In this document: one piece after another, positions 23,461 to 36,156 of the stretch
How the letters are laid out: the number at the start of each line of letters is the position of its first letter
How positions within the stretch are numbered: the first letter of the stretch is position 1
Origin: Chiloscyllium plagiosum
Lineage: Eukaryota
Length of the DNA stretch: 64,000 nt
Assembly: GCF_004010195.1 (NCBI RefSeq)
Contig: NC_057719.1
Location: 78,666,666 to 78,730,665, forward strand
Reading direction: 5' to 3'
Notes under the pieces: generated by a model
Seen by the model: the letters and a program-made list of their open reading frames with translations, nothing else
Told to the model about the DNA's origin: nothing
Databases searched by the model: none
Translations under genes and position numbers: made by a program

Positions 23461-26400
23461 GTGCCACTTAATTTTACCCTGATTTTGCTGTGATACCATT
23501 CGTTCCAGGATGACTCAAAGCTGAATACACTGGAGTTTGGCAGAGAGTGAAAAAGAGGGGAGTGGTATCACCGGGGATTTAGTTCATAGGGGCTGCAGTA
23601 TCTTGCACTGCTGCCCAGGGAGGGAAACCAAGACAGGCAGTAGAACTTCATTCTGCAACAATCAAGTTTCCAATGACGGGATCAAGTTTTTAGTCCCATT
23701 CTCGGAGTTATAAAGACAGTTCGAGCCTCCTGACAGCAAGCATTGGGAAGTCCTTTTGAATTCATTTGCACTAAAGGTTGGTCATTAAAAGAATTTAAAA
23801 TGCCAGAATTAGGTTCCCTTACGTTGATCAAACTCTGCCTCAGCGAGCAATTCTGGAACTGACAGTAAAATGGCAAAGCCTGGCTGCATGCAACATGCGA
23901 GGTACCTGCTGGGCCTTGGAATGCAAGTCGCTGCTGCTTTCATCTGTTCATCTGTGTCTTGTCAGATTTAGCGTACTGGATGGCAGTACGTTTAAGATGC
24001 ACAAGGCACGGAAGATGACTGAGGGAGGCTGGAATGTAACGAGCTTGATTCAAGAAGGATGGCAGTCTTTCCAGCCAAGGGGGACAGGGGCAGACTGGTG
24101 AGGTCTGGAGGGGTCAGAAAGGCATCCACTCTCACAGTCAGAGATATGCTCTTGTCTTGCAGGGAATGAATGCCCCTCCAGGTTCCCTTTAAAGATGCAC
24201 CAGGCACCTTTTGGCACTTGAAAGTAAGATCAGGCCCATTGACTCCCAAACAAACCCCTCCATCAGATTCACTGTGTTCCCCGTGCGGACATGTGTAATG
24301 AGCTGAGAGCCATGTGACCACGCACAAAAAGCTGACCTGACTTGATATTTCCCTAATCTCCCAACAAATGTGGACTGCACTATATGAGATTCCAGCCATT
24401 GAGCCTGACTCTCTTTTACATTGGCATGCATCCAAACAAATACGTAACTGAAACTTTGCAGGGTTTGTCAACACCACTACTACTGCACGAGTCACAGTTC
24501 AAATCACTTATAGTTGCAAAGGAAGTTCAGAGGGATTAATCGAAATCACTGCAGTGGTTATCTTTAAATAAGTTTCATATATTCAGTAACAACATGGTAT
24601 GTTGTCCCAAGGTCATTTTACTATATTATGTGGGAAATCAACAGCTGAGACATTATCAATCAAGTGATTATCCCAGACAGACCATCACACACACACGCAT
24701 AATCCTTCACAGTGTCAGTGGATACAGAACTGCTTTCTTTTGAGTGACTTCACCAGTGCAGAACTGCTACAGAACTTAACCCTTCACAGCAGCAAAGAAA
24801 AACAAATTTGGGACTACTTTCAAACTAAAGTTCTCCTTTGATCATGTTTATGTCTCACATCAAGTTAAGACCAGTCTGTCTTCTCTCTCTCACTCTCTCT
24901 CTCTCTGCCCCACTGCTGGTCAGAATTGCACTATGCCTATCCAGACCAAACTTTGCCCAAATTTAATGTGCTGTGGCACTTCCAAGTGCTGGAAGCTTGA
25001 AGTTCTTAAGAGTTGGTGTTGTTTTACTTTTGGGGTTGTGACCTGTGAAATGGACGTGGAAGCGGGAGTACAATTGACCAGCCTCACCTGTTAGATCTGA
25101 TCAGTCAGAATCTCCAGAGTTTAACGTAAAGCTTGTGAAACAATTGCATCTGCTGCTTAATTTCTTTCTTTCAATACCTGACCTCGTTTGCTGCTCAAGC
25201 TTTTTCAGTCCATTGCTTTTAATTTGGAACATAAAAGTTGTCAAAAAAAACTCATGGAAATTTGATTCATAAGGATTATATCATGACACCATTTATTGTC
25301 TTGCTAAGGAAAGAGAGATGCTGTCAATGCTTTTCATCTCACATCCTTCAACTTGCACAGATTCAGTTGCTACTGAGTCAGCACCCTCTTCTCATTTAAG
25401 TATAATTTGTTGTTTCCTTTAAGATTCGACATTCTTGCATCTGACCTGATGATTGCAAGGGGAAAACATTTTAACAACATGCCTCTACTTCTCAACAATT
25501 TTCAAGTTATGCATTACCACGCGAGTCTTTGTAATTTTCATCAATCAGTGTAATGTGGAGGAAACTTTTTCCTTCCAATTTCTGTGTTGCTTTGAGATGA
25601 TTAATTGATTATATTAAATCCATGCACAGGAAGTTAATGTTGCCCATTTAACTTCATACCAAGATGACGAAGTGTCATTTTTGGTGGGAGATGAATATAT
25701 GACAGGATTATTGCCATTCAAGAGAAATGAAGTGATAGATATTCATAGCTTCTGATTGTTAAAATGTTAAATAAAATGACGGCCTGAGAAACCTTTAGAA
25801 ACCTTTTTAAAGCATTACAGCTGGCTAGAATCTTGAACCTGGAAATTAATGAAGCACTGAAGCAATGCTTGAAAAGTAATTGAATTTAGCCAAAGATGCC
25901 TCTGAAATCAAAGGGAGAAAAGGCCTTCATTATTTTGTTCCTCCAGTAAAGATTTTGAGTTTCCTGCCCAAGTTCTTTTTATACAGAATGTCTAACAAAA
26001 CCCAAGAAGATTACATTAATACTAGGATATAATGAGATGTGGGCCCTGCTAATGATGGGGGTTTGAGAGAATGAATATTCTTACAATGCTATATTTCTAA
26101 TGAAGAAAGAAAAATCAGGCCCTCATAAATTGGAATTAGTAATGCAGAAAAAAGTCTTGCTTTTCTCAAAAGTCTCTTAATTTGAGAAGTTGTGTTTTTT
26201 CATCCATGAATGCAGAAATGAGCACCAGAGATGATTTCCAGCACATTAATATTATTCACTTTCACAGACCAGCAGATAATTTATATTCCTAGCTGCGCTT
26301 AGAAAACGTCAAAAAAAAACATGAAACTATGACCTGCTGTAATATCAGCTTGTCTGTTAAAAATGAAGCCATTTCTCAGCTGAGTTTTCCACCTGGGTGC

Positions 26401-28494
26401 TTGGCCTGGAAACTAGCTCTGTATTTTATGAAGGAGCATGTTTTTCTTAAGCATAAAAATGTGGCTATAGCAAGGAATAAATCGATATCATAAGCTAAGA
26501 ACCAGGTGTGCAGTAGATACGCAAATATTTGGCTAAAATATTGATGGTCACTGCAAGTATTTCTACACTGACATTTTTCAAAACCAATTTTAAGAATTTC
26601 CATATTCCAAATAATGCCAGGTTTGGTTTAGTGAAATGCTTCTTGACTGAATTGTGGCACTTTGCCATACAGAGAGCTGAATTTGGAATTGCAATTTTTA
26701 AAAAAGTTCAGATGGCTTTGTTCCCTATAGCTGTACTGCTATAGTACATTCTTCTTTTGGCAAGTGGAAAATATCAAATTATGGGGTCCTGTACCACAGT
26801 GGAGGAGGCGCCAGTGTTCAGTTCCGAGCAGGCACATGTTGTACTTTACATTGCCTCTTTGCGGAGTGATCAAGCAGACAGTCCTCACCATCCAGGAGGA
26901 AAGAGAATACCAGTGGCGGGTGGCTATGTGATAAAACTGAAACTGTTTTCCATTCACATGGAGTCTTCAGAACTCAAAACCAACAAGGGCTCTGACCTTG
27001 GCAGGGCAAATTGGGAGTCAACACTTTAAAAATGTGCTTTTGGGATAGAGAAAATCTGTCATTTATTCATCATCCCTTATTGACCTATGAAGGCGTGTGT
27101 TATTACCATGAGTGTTATGTGTAGAAGATATAGAACAGTTCCTTTTGAATCTACTCAAAATTCAGTTGGATCATGTACCTCAACTCCAGTTACCTGGCTT
27201 CTCCTTAAAATGCTTGATATCCACACAAAATGGTGAATAAAAGTAACAGTGAGAATATAGTTGGTTGGGAAAGGTGGGCTCAGTTTGTTCCCAAGGAAAC
27301 TATCACGTGGTTTGGCTTAGACTCTGTGTTGACTCATGTTAGATATTCTGTCTCTATTCAGCATCAGGTCCCTGTCCACCTTCTCCCACCTATGCCCTCT
27401 ATCTTGCCTGCGCATCAGCAACACCTACAACCCAGGCCCAGCAATTTGCAAATACCTAGAAGCAGATAAAAAGGGGCAAATCATGCAAAGTGAGTGGGTC
27501 GTAGATGTGGGAGTGAAACATTAACCTGGGCACAAAATACAGTCAGAGCAACAAAAGTGAATGACAGTCTGTAATGTAACAGTTATGCTCTAATATGCTC
27601 CACCAATTTCCGTGTAAAGTTCTGTAACATCTGTTTTTTACAAAGCAATTGTTTGACAGTGACACACAGTTGCTCCAGCTGTACTCTATTTGAGGTGACT
27701 TGGCTGAAGAAGAGCATTCTTTACTGGCAGCACACTGATAAGAGGCAATAAATGTAATCTGTTCCTAAATTGTCGTGGTATTTCTGTTGAGTCTCTTAAT
27801 GGCACACTGGAAGTGTATTATTCATAAACGATACCAAGCTGTTGAATAATTAATTTAGACTGATGCATGTTTTAAACAGGTTGACTTAATTGGCAGCTTA
27901 GCCTGGCTTTCGAAGTGAACCATCTCCAAGTGGTGGGATTTTACCTGAGAGTTTTTGTGGGCAGTTGCAAGAAAGTAATAAGTGGAGATGGATGAGGGCT
28001 GGCAGTTAACAACACTTTGCATTATCCTGTTTGTAGATAACAGGCAAATTGAAATGTAAGAAGAAAGGATATTGTAAGTACTTGTCATGCTTAGGACTGG
28101 CATTCTTTGTAGCTCCCCTTATCTTGCTTGACTTGGTCAGGTCATTAGTCCGAACATGGCACTTTTTTTCTTCGATTTGGTACTGTGTGCTCTTACATGT
28201 CACTAGTGCTCAGCAGCTCTCTGTCTATCTGTGTGAACCTCAAAGGAAAACATTGACATAGCTTTGTCTGTGAATCAGGGTTAATCTTCTCACGTCTTCT
28301 CCACCTCTCCCCTCTCCCTGGATGTTGCAGGTCTTGTATTCTGTAGCCAAAAAAAGGCATTGTTTTGTTGTTGGTCTGCTCACTGGGAAGGAGCTCCTCT
28401 TACTGCATCTCCGTGCTTAACCAGCTTGTGTTCCTCTTATGGTGCTCTAGGAAGGAAGCTGAATGATGAGTTTGTGTTGCTGCTTTTTAAAAAT

Positions 28495-28846
28495 ATTAAT
28501 TGAAGGGATGAAGGCATTCCTGGCTGGGTCAGCATTTATTGTCCATCCCTAATTACCCACAGGGCTGTTAAGAGTCAACCACATTGCTGCAGATCTGGAG
28601 TCACCTGTAGTCCAGACCAGGTAAGATGGCAGTTTCCTCCCTAAAGGACATTAATGAACCAGATGGGTTTTTCCTCACAGTTGACAATGGATTCATGGTC
28701 ATTGTTCGATTCTTAATTCTGGATTTTCTTTTTGTTGAATTTGAGTTCCACCATCTGCCGTGGTGAGATTTGAACCTGGGTCCCTGGGCCATCACCTAGG
28801 TCTCTGGTTAATAGTCTAGAGATAATACCACCAGGCCATTGCCTCC
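28495..28846 (-). mobile_element. tRNA-derived SINE sharing its 3' tail with the L2/CR1-like LINE
   Basis: cagcatttattg.ccatccctaatt...gagtcaaccacattgctg...gaaccagatggg; same family as 34195-34560 and 51043-51378. Confidence 0.75.
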
Positions 28847-29089
28847 ACTCAGCCGGTATATCTCCGGCTGTCAGTGTCTATGCTGACAGTCGTTGAGCTT
28901 GCTCCCATTTCTTGCTCTTTGCCACCCCTAGTTTGTCCATGTCCTAGAATGATCTCTCTTTCCTCAGTACTGTAACTGAATACAGCTCTGAAATTTAGGA
29001 CGGAGTATGCCTAGCCCTGAAATGATGTAGGCCATGGCAAGAACTTTGGGAAATTGGGTGAGGTATCTAGCAAGGTCCTTCTTGACATC

Positions 29090-31020
29090 AAAACAAAGTC
29101 ATGTATTCCAACCAAGATGCTGGACATTGACACGAGACTCCTGCCAGTGGGTGGCAACAGGGCTACTTGCATAGATTATCACACTCCAATTATTGCCACA
29201 TTAAAATGCAATCTCCCAGTCTACTAGAGCTGAGAATTCCCAACATGAAAGTCAGAGCAGTTACCTGTTGACTCCAGCTCACTGCTTACTCGTCTGGGCC
29301 TCCATCTTGGACAAGCTGCACATTATGGACAGTGACCATACAGTTCGCACATCCATGGATGTTGACATCCGGCATGTACCAGTCTCACTGTGGCTTTGTC
29401 TCCAGATACATAATGAGTGTGATTTCTCTGAAGAAGTATACATGGAGAGATTAATTGAATTGGTAATCACCCCAACTCTGGTCAATGCCTTCAGAAACAA
29501 TCTTCTGGGCGAGACAATGTCATTGCCACCTTGCTGGACAGTGGATGCCAACATGAAACCATAGTGAGAGGCAAACATCAATTACTTCCTTCAAATGCAG
29601 GGAACACTGGTCAGCAAAGTACACCAGATGAGCAAATCCTGTCATAGTTGCTATCTGTTACATCTGCCCAGAAGTTCTCCAGTATTTCTTCACATCTGAA
29701 AAGCATGTGGCACAAAAGGACATTGAGTTATGGATGTGCAGAAAGCCTGGCTTCCAAAACCCAGACCAGACCTGGACCAAGAGCCAGGCCATCAACAGTG
29801 TTTACAGCGCAACAACAGAAAGTGATCCAAATCTACACACTTGTATTAACAAAGTGATCAGCCATTAAAATGAAAAGCAGCCTTTGGAAGGTGACCAAAC
29901 CTTGCATATTGTCAGCCTCACGGCCCATAACAGTAGTTTGAGATAATCAGAAGATGTTATGACCATCCACAATATATGTCACCAAAATGCAGGTTGACAC
30001 ACATCCTGCAATCCAAAATTGATACAGGAGCTAGTGCCAGCATATTTACACAGTGCATGTTAAAATACATTTATCCTAAAAAAGTGATGTTCCATGACCA
30101 CTCCATAAAAGACCATCTTACAGCATGTAGCAGATCAGTTCTATGCGGTGGCATTAACCAATATGCAAGTTTAGCAGGATTCCTGAAATTTTCATTCTGA
30201 TAGATATCTATGGTCCAGTACTGGCAGGACTACCAGTATGCACAGACCTCAGTACGTACACAACCAGTCATGAGATTCAAGCTGCATCCGCATCCGCAAA
30301 CAGAGCAAGCATGATGCATTCGGGTCAGCCAATGATCTAAAACGTGATGCTCCAACTGTTTCAATGTAGTCAGCAAGTTTAATGATCGTGGAGCATTGCC
30401 TGAGGTTGGGTCATCCTTAAGATGCACCGGTCTTCTAAAGAAGTGCGGTTTGCACATTCCTAGGAAACTTTAAGTGAAACTGAATGGGATGAAATAAAAT
30501 AGTATCCTTCAGAAGGTTGACCACCAAACGTAATGGTGTAGTTCCATCATGTGTGTCTTATAGAAAGATGAGTATACCTAGTGTACATAACAGCATACCT
30601 AGATCAAAAGTGTGTCAGTCTCTCACCTAAAAGGAGTCCACATAAAATAACAAAACTAGAAGATTTAAATCCTAAGTCTTCTGGTTCTAGTTTCTTTTCT
30701 AAACCAGATGCGAATTATATCTACTGGTCTATCCATTTAGCAGAAGAGAGCCAAGAGCTCATGACATTTTGGACAATATTGGGATAATACTGTTTCCGAT
30801 GGTCACCATTTTGGACAATCTGTTAGTCAAGACCTTTCTCAGCAAGACGTGAATAGGATTATTGAAAAGTGTACCTGGCTGTGTTTACAAAGTTGCTAAT
30901 ATCATGATTGTAAGTCAGACAGAAGCAGAGTACGACCACAACCTTCACTTACTGATGGCACAGCAGTGCTATGGCATGGATTGGTATTTCTCAGCAAAAA
31001 GCATCAAGTCTATGACCTTT
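29090..31020 (+). mobile_element. Decayed Ty3/Gypsy LTR-retrotransposon gag-pol fragment
   Basis: Protease motif KIDTGAS (~30015-30035) followed by RT blocks FFSKPDANYIYWSIHLAEESQELMTF and YCFRWSPF (30690-30810); many stops and frameshifts. Confidence 0.8.
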
Positions 31021-31305
31021 GAAAACTCAATGTTGTCTTGACAACATACTTTCCTACTTATCTTTGTAGTCATCTCTAAACTCAGCTAGCCAGCCTTGAC
31101 TATTTTCATCTGAGTTATTGATAGAAGTTGTAAACAGCTGAAGGCCAGCACAGACCCCTGTGGGATTCCTAGCAGGTAAATTGGAAAGTGTGGTCTGAGG
31201 GGCACTGTCCATGTGGGCATAGTTCACATATTGGGAGTGTGGGTGAGCACTTGCTGAATGTGAGGGTTTGTTAATATTTTGGGATGGAAACTGAGAATTA
31301 CTATG

Positions 31306-31497
31306 ATTTGGAGATGCCAGTGTTGGACTGGGTGTACAAAGTTAAAAATCACACTACACCAGGTTATAGTTCAACAGGTTTAATTGGAAGCACAAGCTTT
31401 CAGACCGCTCCATCAGGTGGCTGTTGGACTATAACCTGGTGTTGTGTGATTTTTAACTTTGTACACCCCAATCCAACACCGGCATCTCCAAATTGTC
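31306..31497. mobile_element. Palindromic family A element with internally deleted HHR
   Basis: Arms ~31306-31377 and ~31421-31493 are reverse complements; exact 11-bp TSD gaattactatg at 31295-31305 and 31498-31508. Confidence 0.8.
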
Positions 31498-34194
31498 GAA
31501 TTACTATGGGTGCTTTGATACTCCTGCTGGCTTACCTGGGGAATTACACTGCAGAGACATTTTAGACCAACAATGAGAAGCTCTAATTAAATTCATGTGA
31601 GGAGGAGGATAAATAGAGATCAAATAGGCTGAGTCTGCTTGGTTCTGGTCAACCACAGAATGATTTGAGAAGGGTAAAGCTGGAAATTAGAAATTTAAAC
31701 TTCCTGCTTCAGTACAGGGATGTGCTTATAGTATGTGACCTCCTCGGGATACTGAGGCGCAGCAGTGATTCTGAAGTCTTCTATATTGCCAGTTTTAATT
31801 GCTATGTCTTTGGCATTCGCACCTTCATGGGATTAGGCTCTAGGTCTGAGATTTCCTTATTCTGCTCTGTCTTGCTATTTTCTTTTTTTCCTTATGAGGC
31901 TCTTTAAAACTTACTGATTTGGTCATTTGACCGAATGCCTGTTTATTATGGCTCAGTGTTGAAGTTTGTTTGATAATGGTTGCAAAGTGACTGACGATGT
32001 ATACATTATAGTAATCAAGATGCCTTTTTAAGGTACCGTGGTGTTGTTTCCACTTTCTTTCATAATGCAAGGTAATAAAAGTCAGGTGTCAGGTGCAGTT
32101 CAGAGTGAAGACAGAGCTGCAGATTAATGTCACACCTATTATAACTATAAATAGGCTTTAACATAACACACTGAAGTTGAGTAAACTAGAACATGTCATT
32201 TTTGAGGGTCATTGTGCTGATTATAGTGGGAGCTTCTCTCTTTACCAAGACCATCAGGAATCCCTTTATCATTCCTACAGGCTGCCTCACCAGCTGAAGT
32301 GTTTCTGGATCAGATGGAAGGATGTAGGCGGGTTTCCATGGTGACTTGTGAAGCATTTTTGCTGGTTTTCATCAACTTCTCCAAATGGCTGGCATTGGTT
32401 TGACAAGTAAATAGGGCATCTTCACTCCTGGAGAGAAGTGTCATGAAAACATTTAAAAGAGCTCGCTAAGATGAAACAGAAAATCATACATTAAAGGAGT
32501 AGGGGCATTCAATGGAGACAAGCCTGAATTTCTTTTTCACTATGTTGCCGGGTTGGAAATAGAATGACTGCATGTGGAAGATTTTCTGTATTATAGCAAA
32601 ATTGTAGCTTGTTTAGCAAATTTTTTATTTACAATTCTAGTATATATACTGCTAACAATTTAGAACAGCAAGCACAGAAGCTCAGACAGTAGTTAAGATC
32701 CCTCTCCCAAGGGGTAAGTCTTGCAGCATCTATTCGAACATGGTCTGAGGTTTGGCAATATTGCACACTTCTGTTAGTGGGTGGTAGGTTCCCAGGTTAC
32801 CACACCCCTGCATATAAAAGATGGCCCCCATTGCTGAAGAGTTAGCCGTAATTTTAATATCCTTGTGCTGCACAAAGCTACTCTCCACTCCGAGTTTTAA
32901 TGTGGAACTCACAATACTAATTGCATTTGCCTTTTTCTCCCTCCCTCCCAGATTTGTGGGTAAATGATTAAACTCTTGCTAGACTATATACACAGTTCTG
33001 ATCATCCAGTGCTGATGCTGAAAGATTTAGTTTTCCAAAGACTGGATTCACCCGCCCCACCCTCAAGATAAGAGTTGGGACCCCTTGGAAGTCCTGATGT
33101 GATTACTGTGTAGAATTGGCCCGGGATATTTGTATGTGCTCTGGGCATTTTGCCTGCCCCCTCTGAAACAGTCTCCAACTTAAGTTCGAGTCAAAGATTT
33201 TAGGTAGTTCTGACTTACATGGATAGTTACTCATGAAATGTTAGATGGAAAGTTCTTAGTCTACCTCCTGGGTAATTATACAACTGACCCACTGACTCTC
33301 CTCAATGATATGACCCTCCAAACATCCCCCCTTTCCCTGCTCCCCCCAACCCAACCCACACATTTCACCTCCTGCTTAGCAAAATATAGTAGTTAATGCT
33401 ATTAAAAAGGGGCGTTGCTTCTGCACAGATTCCTTTGCTGATGTCTCCAAGTATTCCCATGCTGAGTGAGTTTGGAAAGACCCTCCATCAGGAAATTCCC
33501 CAGAAGCAGTACAGGAAGATGAGTAGGTACTGTAATATTTTTATCTGATCAGGTTTGGAAGGAGCTCTCCTGTTGCCAGAATTGCCTACACTTGTTGTTG
33601 ACACAAATTTGTAAATAGAAGCTGTTCAGGACTTCTAAATAGGAGGACTGAAAGTTAAGCTAGAATGAAGGCCATCTGACAACTGCGTTGCTTTGCTTTG
33701 GTTCATTAGGTTGGTTTGTGTTTTCATTACCAAATGCTCTTAACATTTTTAATGCATGAACAAAAGTGAGGCTTTTTTTGCGAGTTCTCCCTTTCCTCAT
33801 TCTGGGTTCTTCTGTCGCTCGTTGTACCAAACATGGCCAAAAAAGAGTCACAAAGTATATCAAGTTATCCTTGACTCAGTTTTGTTTCTTATCCAGCTTG
33901 ACGCTGCGGGTGTATGCTAGGAGTCCATCTCAAAATGGAAACACTGCAATTCTTCGCACTCAGTCTTGTCATTGCTCAGAATCTAACAGCTGCAGGTACA
34001 AAAAGATGACCCCTCTTTTCTCCTGATTTTCTATCTTTTTTCTTGTTGAGAAACAACTTGAACTTTGATCGCTACCTTCCCCGGCTCAGTAACCAAGAAG
34101 ATACCACTGAGCACGATTGAGTGCGGAACACTGAAACATAACGATTACCTTGCCCCATCCATTTTTATTTTTATGTTATTTATTTTTACCATTA

Positions 34195-34560
34195 TTCTTT
34201 CAGGGGATGTGGGCATCACTGGCAAGGCCAAATGTTTTGCCCACCTCTAACTGCCCTTGAACAGATTTAATGTGCTCAGTCATTTCAGAGGGCAGTTAGT
34301 CAACATCATCACTTGCGGTTCTGGAGTTACATATAGGCCACACCAGGTAAGACTGGCAGATTATGATCTTTAATGGACATGAATGAACCAGGGGGTGACT
34401 TACAGAACAGGTCACCATTATTGAGACTAGTTTTCAGTTCCAGATTTATTAATTGAATTTAACTTCTACCTGCTGCCCCAAAGGGATTTGAACTGACATC
34501 CCCAGGTGTGTTTCTGGATATATAGTCCAGTAACATTACCACCACTCCACCATCGCCCCA
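34195..34560 (-). mobile_element. tRNA-derived SINE (family of 28495-28846), diverged
   Basis: gggatgtgggcatcactggc...ctggagttacatataggcc...gaaccag. Confidence 0.65.
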
Positions 34561-34784
34561 CATTTAAACCCTTGCGTAACAAAAATCTATCAGTTTCAAA
34601 ATTTCAAACATTTTCAGTAGCGCTCCTGCTTCAACTGTGTTGGGAGGGAGGGAACACAGATTTTTTTTTATATTAGATTACTTACAGTGTGGAAACAGGT
34701 CCTTTGGCCCAACAAGTCCACACCGACTCTCTGAAGAGCAACCCACCAAGACCCATTCCCCTACCTTTACCCCTTCATCTAACA

Positions 34785-35175
34785 GGAGAAAGTGAGGTCT
34801 GCAGATGCTGGAGATCAGAGATGGAAATGTGTTGCTGGAAAAGCGCAGCAGGTCAGGCAGCATCTAGGGAACAGGAGAATCGACGTTTCGGGCATTAGCC
34901 CTTCTTCAGGAATGAGGAAAGTTGGTCCAGCAGGCTAAGATAAAAGATAGGGAGGAGGGACTTGGGGGAGGGGCGTCGGAAATGTGATAGGTGGAAAGAG
35001 GTCAAGGTGAGGGTGATAGGTCAGACTGGGGTGGGGGCGGAGAGGTCGGGAAGAAGATTGCAGGTTAGGAAGGCGGTGCTGAATTTGATGGATTTGACTG
35101 AGACAGGCTGGGGGGAGGGGAAATGAGGAAACTGGTGAAATCCGAGTTCATCCCTTGTGGTTGGAGGGTTCCTAG
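34785..35175 (-). mobile_element. 5'-truncated Penelope-like element (family B): GIY-YIG C-terminus, 3' region and HHR
   Basis: Minus strand starts LGTLQPQGMNSDFTSF (PLE endonuclease C-terminal LxTLxPxGxN motif); exact 13-bp TSD ccttcatctaaca at 34772-34784 and 35176-35188. Confidence 0.8.
34878..34913 (-). ncRNA. Minimal type I hammerhead ribozyme motif
   Basis: Minus strand ATTC-CTGAAGA-A-GGGC-TAAT-GCCC-GAAA-CG-TC-GATT. Confidence 0.7.
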
Positions 35176-35845
35176 CCTTCATCTAACACTACGGGCAATT
35201 TAGCATGGCCAATTCACCTAACCTGCACATTTTTGGACTGTGGAAGGAAACCGGAGCACCCGGAGGAAACCCACGCAGACACGGGGAAAATGTGCAAACT
35301 CCACACAGACAGTTGCCCGAGGCAGGAATTGAACCCGGGTCTGTGGCGCTGTGAGGCAGCAGTGCTAACCACTACAATCTGTGCGAAGGAGTGCTTTCTA
35401 ATATCATGCCCTGTATTGCTCACTTCAATTTTGAGATTATTCTCCTTGTTCCGAATTTTACCACACTAGAAGGTCCTGTGCTTTCGAAGCCTTTCATCGT
35501 CTGAATCATATTTCATGCCAGAAGAAAGGGCAAGTAAAGTCAACTCATTTAGATCAACCTTTATATTCAAGCCTTCTGTGTGCAGTTTCTGACGTGGTTC
35601 ACTGGATCAAACACCACTCCCAGTATGATATGATCTAGGTAATACTTATAACTTGACCCCATGTGGCATATACCATGAAAATTGTGTTCTGGTTGAGACA
35701 AATGCAATAACCCTTTGTATCCCAGCACCCTTGAGGAAAACGCCATTTCAATGAACCTTTCTGATTGTTTTTCTCTCTGCGTGCCTATCCACTGGTATTT
35801 AGTAATTTCTGTGCTCCTAAAACCATTTGCTTCCCTCCAGTCCTT

Positions 35846-36156
35846 TATGGTGGCTCAGTGATTAGCACTGCTGCATCACAGCACCAGGGTCTCAGGTTCG
35901 AGTCCAGCCTCAGGCGACTGTCTGTGTGGAGTTTACACGTTCTCACCGTGTCTGCGTGGGTTTCCTCCGGGTGCTCCAGTTTCCTCCCACAGTCCAAAGA
36001 TGTGCAGGTCAGGTGAATTGGCCATGCTAAATTGCCCGTAGTGTTGGGTGCATTAGTCAAGAGAGAAAAGGGTCTGGGTGAGTTCCTCTTCGGAGGGTCG
36101 GTGTGGACTGGTTGGGCCGAAGGGACTGTTTCCACACTGTAGGGAATCTCATCTAA
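35846..36156 (+). mobile_element. HE1/V-SINE-type SINE
   Basis: Head, core and tail cactgtagggaatct. Confidence 0.88.

Larger units (their letters stand above)
34672..35391 (-). mobile_element. HE1/V-SINE-type SINE split by a Penelope-like insertion
   Basis: Tail at 34672-34784; remainder at 35176-35391. Confidence 0.9.

Noticed and set aside
31306..31497. Classifying families A/B as DNA-transposon MITEs
   Set aside because: Variable 10-16 bp TSDs, asymmetric arms in most copies, HHR motifs and the link to a GIY-YIG C-terminus fit Penelope-type retroelements better.
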